From positions 5,930,248-5,994,247 of the forward strand of contig NW_027122708.1 of assembly GCF_030686945.1 (NCBI RefSeq): a stretch of DNA of 64,000 nt. The letters run 5' to 3'. Below are positions 36,501 to 46,715 of the stretch, in pieces. A program made the position numbers and the translations under genes. Source of the DNA: Centruroides vittatus. Its lineage: Eukaryota. The notes under the pieces are model-generated. The model was not told the DNA's origin and searched no databases. It saw only the letters and a program-made list of their open reading frames with translations. Position 1 is the stretch's first letter; each line of letters opens with the position of its first letter.

Positions 36501-36814
36501 ACCAAAGTAGGCTTCTGTAATGAGATAAGAAGTAGCATATAATTGTTGAATTTTTTTATGTCAATTATTTTACCAAGGTTCTTTTTTATAAGGATACATA
36601 TACCTCCACTTGGACGGCCTGGACCTGTAGGTTTTTGTGCTTGAATCGATTCCACTATAAAGTTATTAAAAAATTTTGTTTTATAATACAAATTCGAAGT
36701 AATCCAAGTTTCAGTAATTGCTAAAATATCCGGATCGTATTTAACACAAAAATTATTTATTAGTGACGTTTTATTTTTTATTCCTTGGCCATTCCAGTTA
36801 GCAATGGAAACCAT
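33533..36814 (-). CDS. LINE ORF2 polyprotein of 1093 aa. N-terminal apurinic/apyrimidinic endonuclease (DILAITETW), reverse transcriptase (FADDLVVVA box) and C-terminal Cys motif CFLCNSDDSTPYHLILKC.
   Basis: Uninterrupted ORF starting with ATG. The domain order and motifs are those of LINE ORF2. Confidence 0.85.
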   Translation of the reverse strand: MVSIANWNGQGIKNKTSLINNFCVKYDPDILAITETWITSNLYYKTKFFNNFIVESIQAQKPTGPGRPSGGICILIKKNLGKIIDIKKFNNYMLLLISLQKPTLVNKTNNLITLLIAYILPDDLSTLKNMFKTLESWSHISPLILVVGDFNARIGELIDSKYKGANFNISNKRLSKDKQTNRLGKNFIELLTEHRLFLLNGRIQQDIPAEHTCLTNTGASTIDFTICSELFLDCCVEFQTTNFDISDHFPTIAKFRLFPFENSDYIYNNNFKIKYKLASYESEIGNRFKNMLEVTNNNCEEVYKIMMNIMNDYIISNKDNKYAQNKNKKIWYDSDCYKEKRRKQQDLKIYRQNPNKENLINYKNSKRIYNNLIKTKKKNYFCRIESNLINNSNNSKIFWNTIRKFRPKANLGDINICIRFETWKKFYQSFIIKNLKVPMERNINYYDDYLNADLTMNELDEVIQKTKNNTTPGDDNIPTKFLKMLPTESKIKLLKIFNAMYSTLSYPESWNSIIMTMIYKKGDQMAPENYRPIALLSTLRKCFTSILAKKFQNWIKINELEAEFQFAYTKNKGTEFAIFTLLMIIQIYLVKKHRKVYAAFIDIKKAFDSVYVPFLQQKLKESGASSQFTGTISILFQNYKIKIKHGKNILPPLTHSRGILQGDPLSPHLFNFYLKDIDHLFSEVNDGILIGNKAFHYILFADDLVVVAPTKISLQRKINQLNSHFKSKYLAVNPSKTKIIIFRNNSKISVNETKIYHENILLQTVNEINYLGINFDWNLTFKSHISKLNNKVNQAIDNLLFLCSRLKTSDLRIHMKLYNSIINPMIFYASPIWSLDYLYKLERFHIYYLRRLFQLERTIPGYALRHETNRIWSFPFILKRIIKFYYRLKFNSDNNLIALYHENIKQSKLQKNKQLWHNKLKTIFNSFGVSELLFQDNIQDWKTGYSLLLNSAMAQSINKDQFSLHSSKYHPWYLDIFKIPSVQSYMLYSVNLNVKRFIAQLRLNKNSLYVNNTYISLSTKCFLCNSDDSTPYHLILKCPKLNDIREHYDITRTYKCNSLIELLKNFNKMGKKDLYKIYNYFCKIIDIYKNKTN

Positions 36815-36868
36815 TTGATTATTCTTTATGACTTTGTTATGTTGCGTATATTTTTGCTTAACATGATA

Positions 36869-37843
36869 TCAACTGTCTGTATTTATTTGATTACTATAAG
36901 GACGAAAATTATTTACATAAACCAATTTGCTCAATTTTAGGCTATATGTTATTTTTTCTTGGTTAATCGTTAATATATCATTACGGAGTTTAACTTGGTC
37001 TTTTTGTTTTCGTAATTCATGAAGTATTGGGAGTAAATTTTTCTTTCTTATCCTTGAGTTTTTAGTCAAATCTGGGGATATTTGCATATCTTCCCATTCT
37101 TCTAATGCGTTTTTTTGTTGTTTCTTTTGAATAAAGGTATAGAAAAATTTATCACGAAGTTGCTTATTGCTGAATGTTATTCTTACTGTTGTATTAGGTT
37201 TCTTAGTTATTAAGTTTGTTTCTGTTATCTCAGTTTGGGCTATATCGTGAATGTTTAGTACATTAGTCATAAAGTTATATACTTCTAACGTAGATATGGA
37301 TTTCGAGCTTGGATATTTGTATACAATTATTTTTTTATAATTATAATCATTAATTAAAGAGTCTATTTTAAATTGCGTTAGTTCATTTTCACTTTTTTGA
37401 TTTTCTAGTTGTTGTTTTATATTTTTAATTTCTTCCTCCATATATATCTGTCTTTCCTTAGTCTCACGTATATCTTGACGTATTCGTTCTACGTCTTCTT
37501 TTATATAGACCATTTGTTCTAACAGTTTATCATTTGAAGCATTTATTAAATCTGATATTTTAGTCCATAGAAGTGCAGTTGTAGTGTCAAGTTGACTTGC
37601 TGGATTAGTAAGAAGGCTTGAATTAATATTAGGTGACTCACCTGTTGAGCCTAATGAATTCTGCTGACCAGGTTCCATATTTTGATTCGAGAATTCTTTT
37701 GTTCCTTCTTGTGAATCACTTTTCGGTTGTGTTCCGTAATCCGTAATGAGTTTGGAGCTTGAAGTGCTTGGTTGAGCTTGTTTGTTCTCTGTCCTCGTTC
37801 TGGTCAGTGGAGGTCTTCCACGCTTGACTGGAGATCTTTGCAT
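36869..37843 (-). CDS. LINE ORF1 protein of about 324 aa from the first ATG. Basic N-terminus, long coiled-coil (IKEDVERIRQDIRETKERQIYMEEEIKNIKQQLENQKSE) and a C-terminal putative RNA-binding region. There are no CCHC zinc knuckles, so it is of the L1-like type.
   Basis: The six-frame ORF 36869-37885 uses a non-ATG start. The first ATG is at 37841-37843. Confidence 0.7.
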   Translation of the reverse strand: MQRSPVKRGRPPLTRTRTENKQAQPSTSSSKLITDYGTQPKSDSQEGTKEFSNQNMEPGQQNSLGSTGESPNINSSLLTNPASQLDTTTALLWTKISDLINASNDKLLEQMVYIKEDVERIRQDIRETKERQIYMEEEIKNIKQQLENQKSENELTQFKIDSLINDYNYKKIIVYKYPSSKSISTLEVYNFMTNVLNIHDIAQTEITETNLITKKPNTTVRITFSNKQLRDKFFYTFIQKKQQKNALEEWEDMQISPDLTKNSRIRKKNLLPILHELRKQKDQVKLRNDILTINQEKITYSLKLSKLVYVNNFRPYSNQINTDS

Positions 37844-38524
37844 ATTATTATTTTTTTGTATTATTGCTTTTTCCTTTACCTTCACTTAGTTAGTGTTAGT
37901 TTAAACTTGTTTAATAATAAGTTAATCAAATAAACAGTAATTCACCACTTCGCTGCACAAATGAAAGGTTCACAGAAAAAGTCACTCGCAGCGCCCGACA
38001 AACTATATTTTTATATATAGATATATGGATAAAATATATTTTCTTTCTCAAAAAAATATTTTATTTAAATGTTAAATTACATATTGTGTTGATTTAACTT
38101 TTTCACTTTCTTTATAAATATATAGTAAAGGAATTTTATATTTAAAGTAACTTTTAAAAAAAAGACACAAATATAAGAAATGCTAAAAATTTAATCATGT
38201 TTTTTGGAATAAATATAATTTATTTAACTAATGCTATTGTTGAATTTATGAAAGAAAGTAAATGAGAACTGTTAAGCTGATGACTCCACAGTTTATTTTA
38301 ACAGATATTTTATTTTTAAATCTATCCATTGAGATTTAAGAGATAAGTTATTTAAGATTTGTATAAATATCATATAGATATTAATACCCTTTGTTAAAAT
38401 TAATTTATTCCATTTACATTCTTTATCCCTTCTGCAATTATTTTAGTTTTGATATCTCAAAAAATTATACATTTAACATATTTATGTAGTAATTTCTCTA
38501 AAATATTAAAATAATAATAAATGA

Positions 38525-38718
38525 TTACTTTTGAACTGAATGTTGAGAAAGAGGTGATTCGTGTTTTCGAACTGCATAAACTCCTTTTTGATTTTCTATT
38601 GCCAACTGATCCATTAAATCACTGAGTTGAGTATACATTTTGAAATTTCCAGAATGAAAATCCACTTCTGCTGAGAATAAAGTTTGTAGATTTGACACAA
38701 AAAATGGTATTCGGCTAA
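38525..38718 (-). CDS. Candidate 3'-terminal coding exon of an unknown host gene: ...RIPFFVSNLQTLFSAEVDFHSGNFKMYTQLSDLMDQLAIENQKGVYAVRKHESPLSQHSVQK*
   Basis: A polypyrimidine tract plus AG acceptor at about 38719, an open frame ending in TAA, and no transposable-element similarity. Confidence 0.25.
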
Positions 38719-39455
38719 AAAAAAATTTTAAGAATTTAATAAGAGTTTTTCTCTCTATCCTTGTATAAAATTTCTAAAAAAAATAATTTAAAGTAAAATT
38801 ATTAACAAGTTGATGGTCATTGATAACATGCATCATCATTAACTACATATACCACTAGATTTTTTGGGTAATAAATACTATAAGTAAGCCAATACTTATA
38901 ATTTGATATAATCCTAATTAAACATTTATGATTTTACAGAAAAAAAAAGGCTTAAAGCTGAATGTCGTACAATTGTGCTTCAAACTGTAGGTTTCCAAAT
39001 AATTTTAAATTACTATAAATTTCTTGCATATAAACAATAGAAAATTACTAAATGAAAATAAAACCTTTATATAACCCTCACTGTATTAAGGCAGCTCAAC
39101 ACATTCAATATTTGCCAAAGGCTAAACAAACATTTGGCCAATACTTACAAGGGAGTTTTTTCTCATGTCAGTCTTACATTTTAATAAAATATATATCAAT
39201 AAAAGAAAAAGATAAGACCCATATTTTTTCTTTTATCTGTCAGTTCAGCCAATCATGAGAAAATTTGGTTTTAAAATGTCCTAATTCACATAAAAATATA
39301 GCAATGGTGGCACAGTGACAGCATTGTGGCCAGACTGGAAATATTGAGGGATTGATACTGCTTGAGATTTTTACGTTTTATAGTTTAATGTAAATGTAAA
39401 GGAAAAATACAATGTTAGGTATACTAAATACTTAGATTGGACATCATGCCAACAG

Positions 39456-39700
39456 TTGTATTAACACAATTAAAAACTTCAGATAAGGAGGCGTTAAAGT
39501 AATTAAAAAAAATATTTTATTTGTGCAAGAGCAAGTGCAAGTAATTTACACACATCGTCCGCAGGCAGTTTGACTAAGAAGACGCCTGAGGATGACGTGC
39601 GTAAATTATGTCAAAAGCACTTGCACAAATAAAATATTTCTTTTAATTATTTTAACGCCTCCTTATCTGAAGTTTTTAATTTTGTTAAAAATACAATGTT
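39456..39700. mobile_element. Foldback MITE with about 85-bp inverted arms and a roughly 70-bp core that is itself partly palindromic
   Basis: acaattaaaaacttcagataaggaggcgttaaagtaattaaaa... is the reverse complement of ...ttttaattattttaacgcctccttatctgaagtttttaattttgtt. Confidence 0.7.
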
Positions 39701-42262
39701 TAACTCTCATTAATTATTTACAATGAGCACTTGAAATGAAGGCATTTCTATCACAATCTTCTAATGAAAACTTTGTTTTGGGAAATGTAAAATTTACATT
39801 GATAATATTAAAAAAACTAGTAATGTTCTCTTCTGTCACACAGCCTGACTTCTGACATGCATATATTAACATATGTTTAAAAATAGAAGCAAATAATTGG
39901 TTATATGTAAATTCCAGTCCAACCGCAATGCTACCACTGCACCATCAATGCTATATTTCTGCACAAATTAAAACATTTTAGAACCCTATTTCTCACAAAC
40001 AGCTGGCCTGACAGATAATGAAAAAATATGGGTCTTCTTATTCTTTTCTCTATCAAATAATATGTATTTTATTAAAATGTAAAACTGACATGAAAAAACC
40101 ATCCCTTGTTAGTAATGTCGATGGTTTACTTGTGATGAATATTTGGTATTTATCATGTGTGAAGCCGGCTGCAATTCTGAATTTTCCATTGAAAACATAA
40201 CTGGAATGTAATTTAGATTTTGTCTCATTGTTTTCTTCTCCCATTTCTTTTGTTTTATTTTTTTAAAGCAATTTATTGTAGATGTAGTTAATTGTAGTAT
40301 AAAATAACTGAAATGGAAAAAATGAAATATTTGAGATAAAATTATATAAAAATTAAATATCAAAAATATAAAGTGGCACTAAATAACAATTTTTTTGTTG
40401 TTTTGTTTCAGTTCTGTTTTCTTTATCAAAATACATAATAATAAACATGCTAAATGCTAAAATAGCCTAATATGTAAACAGAAAAACTTTTTAACGTTGA
40501 TATCTGCAGTATACTTTATTTTTGAAGAGCCCCTTGAAGTCAAGGGGCTCTTCAAGACAAATTTTCAAGACAAATTTGGGATGCAACAAGGCTATATAGG
40601 AACAAGTCTTGTAGCAGGAATGATTTCTTACCAAATGCCTTACCAGACACACAGTAAATAGAAAAAATAAATAATTTCCGTTAACATCATTATTGTTGAC
40701 TTTACTAAAAAAATTGCACATAAATTCTACAGTATCCAACAGCATGAGTCAAGAATTGACCACTTAACTCTTATTCACTGTAGAAAACTAACACTGGTTT
40801 CTAAATAGTTCTCTGAGAGGCATTACAAAAACAGGGAGGAATTACTGGAAATTAATCTGCTGTTAAGACACAACTTTAAGTAGAAGTGTCTAATAATGCC
40901 AACTAAAGTGTGGATTGATGTAAAGAAAATAACAGAGAAGTATAGTTGAGGCAAAAATATATATGCCTTTGATGGTTCCTAGAAAAATTGCAATGACTGT
41001 ATATATAAAATTTAGTCTAAAACTGGATCTCATACCTAAAAAGAAAGTCCATTCGACATTTTCTTCATTAAATCTAACAAAACCTTATTATTATATTTCC
41101 TTGCTATTATTCTCCAATTACTTCCTTTAGTTCCCTATTTCTTATTCTCCCAGCAATATGTAACATTGCACACATCTACTTTAAGAATCAAGCTGCCATG
41201 GTAGGAACTTGAAAACTTTGAAGCATTTACTAGCAAAATAAAGCAATTGCTGTTGAATTTATCATATCACTTTAGCTTTTACTTGAGAAGCTAGTAAACA
41301 CTACCTTTTACTACTAGTATAAGTATAAGTAAAAGCTTTTGCTTTTATTTGCAGGTGAAACGAAAGCTAGTTATCATTGATACAACTAAGCTATATGTAA
41401 GCTCGCTGACCTGGTAAAGATTGGAGACTTAAAATCCCACTTCTCAGACACCAGTGTAAGCTTGCCGACTTTTAGAGGGGGATCAATTAATCTAGCCTCA
41501 GGATGAACCTAAGGGATGTTTGCATGTGAGTGTGGTGGAGGAGACAAATGACAAGTGTCTTACAAAGTTAAAATCTGTTTATTTTGTAGCATTTATGCTT
41601 ACATCAATGCTTGACAGTTCCAAATCTTAATGTTCTTTTGGAGTAGCAAAAGTTTGTTCTATCGGTCATAATCCTGGGGCAGAGGAGATGGACTCACTAG
41701 ATGGATGTGGATGATCGCTGGAGATGCTGTGGCATCCTAAGAGGTTGACAGCGACACAACACAATTTAAAAAGCACGACTTTGAGCTTAATCCAAAAGAA
41801 GACTGTCTTTGACCTTGAATTATCAATTTTTATAGTTTTTCTCCCACTATCTGTATTTCTGATTGGCCCCTCATCCTATTCCTTGCGTCCCAATTGGTCT
41901 CTCCTTTGTTTCCAGGTGAAAACCGAGGCCTACTCGGGTCATGAGAAAGGTCCAAATTAAGGTGTTTATTCGACACCTTTTTGTCAACTATGCCCGGAGA
42001 TTGTTGATAGAACCATAAGATTTGCACTCATAATTTAGCCCATTGTTTGTGATTTCTGTCATCTTGGAACTTTAACAATCATATGTGATGTTTTTCTATT
42101 CATCAAATCTTCCCCTTTTCCGAAACTGTTTTCCTAGATCAACTGTTTATGAGCACTTGAGTCAAAGTTCAACCTTTCCTGACAGACATTCCATCTGATC
42201 CTTTGTTGTTTGTTTTCGCATTGCATTTGTTTGACAATTAGCTTTGTTAATAAATTAAAATA

Positions 42263-42812
42263 TTATCTTTTCTTCTTATTTACTTCTATACTTAACTTTA
42301 ATAACAAGCAGTACATGTTTACATCTTTAATTTCCACCGTACAACCTTGAACAGCATGATTATTGTTATCTTCACAATGATATTGAATAATTCCACCAAG
42401 ATAATCCTGCCAAGTTGTGGAATCAACACTAGCGACCAAAGGGCCATGAAATGCCATTAATTTTAGCATTTCTTCTTCTGATCCTTTTAAATCTTCACAG
42501 GTATAATTAAATTTTAATTCTATTCCTTTTTTTGGTCTTATGGCTTTACAGTTTGTCTCTTTGTCAGTTAAAGGATATTGTTTTTCAGTTAAAATTTTCA
42601 CTTTATTCTCATACATCCAGTCTAAGACCTCAAAAGTATCTCCACCATCATAACCACAGTTTGTTCCAGTTGCACAATCTATTACTTGCTGCACATTCAA
42701 TTCTACAAGTTCACCTGTCTTTAAAGCATTCATACTTTCTAATGTTTCTACAGTACTAAACGTCCAACATGCACCACATTCCTTCTGACTTTTCACTGGA
42801 GTAACAATTCCA
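42263..42812 (-). pseudogene. Papain-family (C1A, cathepsin-L-like) cysteine-protease fragment. It covers the mature-domain N-terminal roughly 170 aa (PGIVTPVKSQKECGACWTFS...DCATGTNCGYDGG...NHAV) with no propeptide and no intron, and is frameshifted at its 3' end.
   Basis: The conserved Q19 and C25 region QKECGACWTFS, the GCxGG-like block and the His region are recognisable. The copia RT fragment abuts it in-frame upstream. Confidence 0.6.
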
Positions 42813-43443
42813 GGTTTCCTCCTGGCTTTATATATTCATTTTCACTCTTCTTTCTGTATATCCACTTCACATCAATTACCCTTTTGTCTTTGGGAGGCTT
42901 GCTTACAAGTGTCCATGTATTGCTTATCACAAGACTCTCCATCTCAGAATTCATTGCTGCTTTCCATTTCTTTGAATCATCAAATGTCATTGCCTCCTGA
43001 AAATTTTCTGGAACCGTAGCATCACAGTAATTTACACTTATACAGTAATAACCAAATTCTTCATCAAAATGGAGTGGATGTTTAATTAGTCTTCCTGATC
43101 TTTTTCCTTTCTTCTTTTCTTCATCATCTTTTATCTCATCATTACTATTTTCTTCATGTGTTTTGTCCTTTTCCAAGTCTTTTGTCATATCTTTTTCTTT
43201 CTGATTTGTATTAGTGGAATCTTCTTCTTCGTTCTCCTTTGTTTGGTCTGAATCCTTTTGTCTTTCTTCCTTATCTTCATTCTTTTCCTCTTCCTCATTT
43301 TTGAATCCACACAAAGTTACATCTTCTTCTATTATGTCACAGTGTCTAGCCATTATAACTCTGCTATTCACCAATACTCTATATCTGGTGTCTGTATATC
43401 CAAGTAAAATTCCAACTTCCATTTTCTTGTCCCACTTCCATTT

Positions 43444-44136
43444 TCATTTTTCTTCTGGAATTCTTATAAATACTTTACTTCCATACATTTTTAGATTTTT
43501 TACTGATGGCTTCCTTTTGAAAAATATTTCATATGGCATTTTTCTCTCAATGGTGTTAGTTAAGGTTCTGTTTTTAAGATATGCAGCTGTTTTAATTACT
43601 TCTGGCCAAAATCTTCTTTCATTCTTTGCTTCTGATAAGAGACATCTCCCCATATCCATTAATGATCAATTGTATCTTTCTGCAGTTCCATTTAGTTCAT
43701 GCACATATGCTGGACAAGGTTTTATTATTATTCCTTTTTCTTTTGCAAACTTAAAAACTCTTGCATTCATATACTCCTTCCCATTGTCACATCGCAGTTC
43801 CTTTATCATCTTTCCAGACAAGTTTTGTATTTCATTAATATACTGCACTAAGCATTCATATACCTCATCTTTTGTCTGGATACAATAAATTTTAACTATT
43901 TTGTTATAGTCATCTATGAAGTTTAAGAAATATTTTTCTCCAAGATTTCCTGTAGTTTGATGTGGTTCATTTAAATCTGTATGTACAATCTCTAATATGT
44001 CTTCTGCTCTTCTCCTGTTGTTATGAAATGGTAAGTTATGCATTTTGTTTTCAATACATGTAGCACAATTTAAATATTCTGGTTCAATCTCACTGGGTAG
44101 TCTGTCTAATGATTCATTTTTACACATTATTTCCAA
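43444..44136 (-). pseudogene. Copia integrase core (HTDLNEPHQT...FIDDYNKIV...LRCDNGKEYMN...PCPAYVHELNGTAERYN and its continuation), frameshifted
   Basis: The rve-domain DDE pattern H..D / D / E is present in ORFs 43666-44136 and 43444-43659. Confidence 0.75.
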
Positions 44137-44542
44137 GTTGTTAAAATTGATATGTCCAGTTGTTTTCTACGTAGTTTTTCTTTTATAGTCATATTGCTTT
44201 TACTCATGTTTGCTTGTGATTTTTTTTCATTGATATAACTTTTCATTTTATATAGTTTATCCTCTTTATTGCAACAGCTATCAGCCTTCCATATGGGTTG
44301 TATATTTTGGAGAATTTCCCTCTTGAAACAACTGAATGTTTGTCTGTGATTTTTGAATAACTTAACAAATTTGCTTTCATATCTTTTACAAAAAAAAAAA
44401 AAAAAACATTTTCCAATGTCACCTCAGAATTTTGTCCACAAACTGGGAAACAAGTTTTAATATTACCAACTTTTGTAGCTTCTAATATTCTTCCATCATC
44501 AATTTTTACAATATAATAAGAAATGCTTACTGGAACAAAAAA

Positions 44543-44687
44543 ATCAGAAATTAAATCTATTACACGCCTTTAAAGTATCCAGCATACTGTTAAATTTTCA
44601 TAAGAACGTTTTCGATCACTTTTAGAGATCTTAAATTTAACAGTATGCTGGATACTTTAAAGGCGTGTAATAGATTTAATTTCTGAT
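44543..44687. mobile_element. Hairpin MITE of about 145 bp inserted in the copia gag-integrase region, with 55-bp inverted arms
   Basis: atcagaaattaaatctattacacgcctttaaagtatccagcatactgttaaattt ... is the reverse complement of the right arm. Confidence 0.65.
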
Positions 44688-44977
44688 TTTTAATCAATTT
44701 TTACTTTTACTGATTCCTTCAATGTCTCACAGGTTTCAAAATACTCATCAGTGTTAATAATATGGTCTGTGTAACCACTACCAAGTAACCATTCTATTTC
44801 ATCTTTCCCTGGCTTTTTGTTTTTACTTGTTTTATAAGTATTGTTTGCAATGGTAACCTGAAAACTATTTCCTTGATATTCATGTATGCATTGATGATAA
44901 TTTCCTTATCCTCTCTGAAAGTTTCTGGCATTGAACAATCCATGTCCTCGATAAACAGAAAAACCACGACCTCCACC

Positions 44978-45724
44978 TCAGTTTTCAACTTCAGAACGAC
45001 AATTTCTTTTTAAATAGCCAGGTTTACCACAGCTGTAACATTTCAACTTATTCTGAAATGATGACCTGGCTTCAGCTCGAAATACATTTGATCTATCATT
45101 TGACTCTTCATTAGAATTTTCCTCGGCACTTTTTAACTTTATTTTGCTTTTCAGATAGTCAACAGTTCTCTCCTTTTCTGGTAAAACATCTATTAAACCA
45201 CCAATATGACTATAATTCTGTGGTAGCAATTTTAACATGTAGTTTAATTTTTCTTGCTCTGATATTATAGCACCTGCCTGCTTTAATTCATTCACAGCTT
45301 TTTCAAATGCGTTGAAGAATAAGCATACATCTGAATAATTTTTAAATTTGATACTTTCGAGGTTATGTTGGCACACAATTTGCAGAGCTGTTGACTTTTT
45401 CAGATACATTTCATCAAACTTTTGGATAATTTCATAAGCTGTATCGAGTTTGCTTATGTATTCTAGCTGTTTGTTAGTTATTCCACTGTAGATATAGTTA
45501 GTTGCCTGTATATCTCATTTGTCCCATTCATCATCGTCAGATTTAATTTTAGCCCTCATTACCACATCTTTACACTCTTTGAACTGTAGAAACTTGAACA
45601 TACATAATTTCCAGTTACTATAGTCTGCTCCATCAAATATTGGAATATTAATATCACTGTTTTTCACTGCCATTACCACGTGTGCTCTTTCTTTGTTTTC
45701 TTGAACTAATTTAACCTCTTTCAC
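44978..45724 (-). pseudogene. Copia gag in two ORFs. The N-terminal UBN2-like region reads IPIFDGADYSNWKLCMFKFL. The C-terminal zinc knuckle reads CYSCGKPGYLKRNC.
   Basis: Motifs recognised in ORFs 45515-45724 and 44978-45409. Confidence 0.75.
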
Positions 45725-45730
45725 TTCTTT

Positions 45731-45782
45731 CTTGTTAATTGATTACATTCATCTGGCAAGATGAATGTAATCAATTAACAAG
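45731..45782. repeat. Perfect 22-bp-arm hairpin cttgttaattgattacattcat-ctggcaag-atgaatgtaatcaattaacaag, immediately 5' of the copia gag start
   Basis: Seen directly. Confidence 0.75.
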
Positions 45783-46715
45783 TTTTTTTTTCTCTTCCAT
45801 CTCCCTTACATAATTAACATCACCTTTAATCCAACTCGACAATAGTGTTTTCGCTTTTTATTAATTTAATTAAATTTTTGTTTTGTCCCATTCCAGAACC
45901 TCACATATATGAATCGTCTTATCTTCAAGTAAAAACTTATGCTTAACTTTAATCACATGATTCATTGTCTTGATCTTGCTCTAACTTTTATTAATTTTGT
46001 TTTTTACTGATACTAAAAAAAAGCAATAAGTTACAATTTATCACTTACAATACATGTCTCCAATACATATATTTCTTTCTATAAAACAAACCTTTTGAGT
46101 AAAGTTTTCTTCTGTAAGAAGATATTTTCAGTATTTGGATCTTATATTGTAACCAGGCATTGCCAATGGCATGTACAGGTATACCTCGCCTTACATTGGT
46201 AATTGGTTCCAAGAGAGGCGACGTAAGTCGAAAAACAATATAAGTTGAATTTACTTGTGTAGTTACGATGTAAGTCGAAAGTACGGGAAAACACCAATAA
46301 CAAGCACTTAAAGACGCTAAATAAGATGACAACACAGAAACACAGATGTTTTCATGTTTCGTTCTCTAGGATTTATGATGATTATATTAACATTTATTGT
46401 AAATGTAAATATTTTAATATGATTTTATGTGCTTTTAATGCTTTTCTGGTGATATTACAACTTCAATATTTGTGGCGAGCAGATGTAAAGTCGAATAAAA
46501 TGACTTAAACTTGATTTTTATTTTTCCATATACTTTTTTGACAAACGACGTATAATTGGGAACAACGTAACTCAAAACAACATAACTTGAGGTATACCTG
46601 TATATATATTTTTTAGTTAGTACATAAGTTGCACATATTTGGAGGTGCCTTCAAATCAGTTGCACAGAAAAGGGCAGGAAATTGGCTGGGGATTGTTACG
46701 CAGCCTCTTGGCATG

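Larger units (their letters stand above)
33400..38030 (-). mobile_element. Full-length non-LTR retrotransposon (LINE) with intact ORF1 and ORF2. The ends are approximate.
   Basis: Two long uninterrupted ORFs sit in the same frame 52 bp apart. ORF2 has AP-endonuclease, reverse-transcriptase and CCHC domains. Confidence 0.85.
42793..45724 (-). mobile_element. Ty1/copia-like LTR-retrotransposon internal region (gag with CCHC, integrase, RT N-terminus). It is frameshifted and truncated within RT, and no long terminal repeats were identified.
   Basis: The ORFs at 45515-45724, 44978-45409, 43666-44136, 43444-43659 and 42793-43422 carry copia-type motifs in the expected order. Confidence 0.8.

Noticed and set aside
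33519-37915. Shared 12-mer tagtgttagttt at both ends of the LINE as a candidate target-site duplication
   Set aside because: The 3' copy overlaps the ORF2 stop codon and coding sequence, so it cannot be flanking host DNA. It is most likely coincidence.
42532-42759. 75-aa plus-strand ORF
   Set aside because: It is antisense to the cathepsin-like fragment.
43214-43888. 224-aa plus-strand ORF rich in Ser/Phe/Leu
   Set aside because: It is antisense to the copia integrase/RT and acidic-linker coding region. It is a low-complexity read-through of the complement of the GAA/GAG-rich strand.
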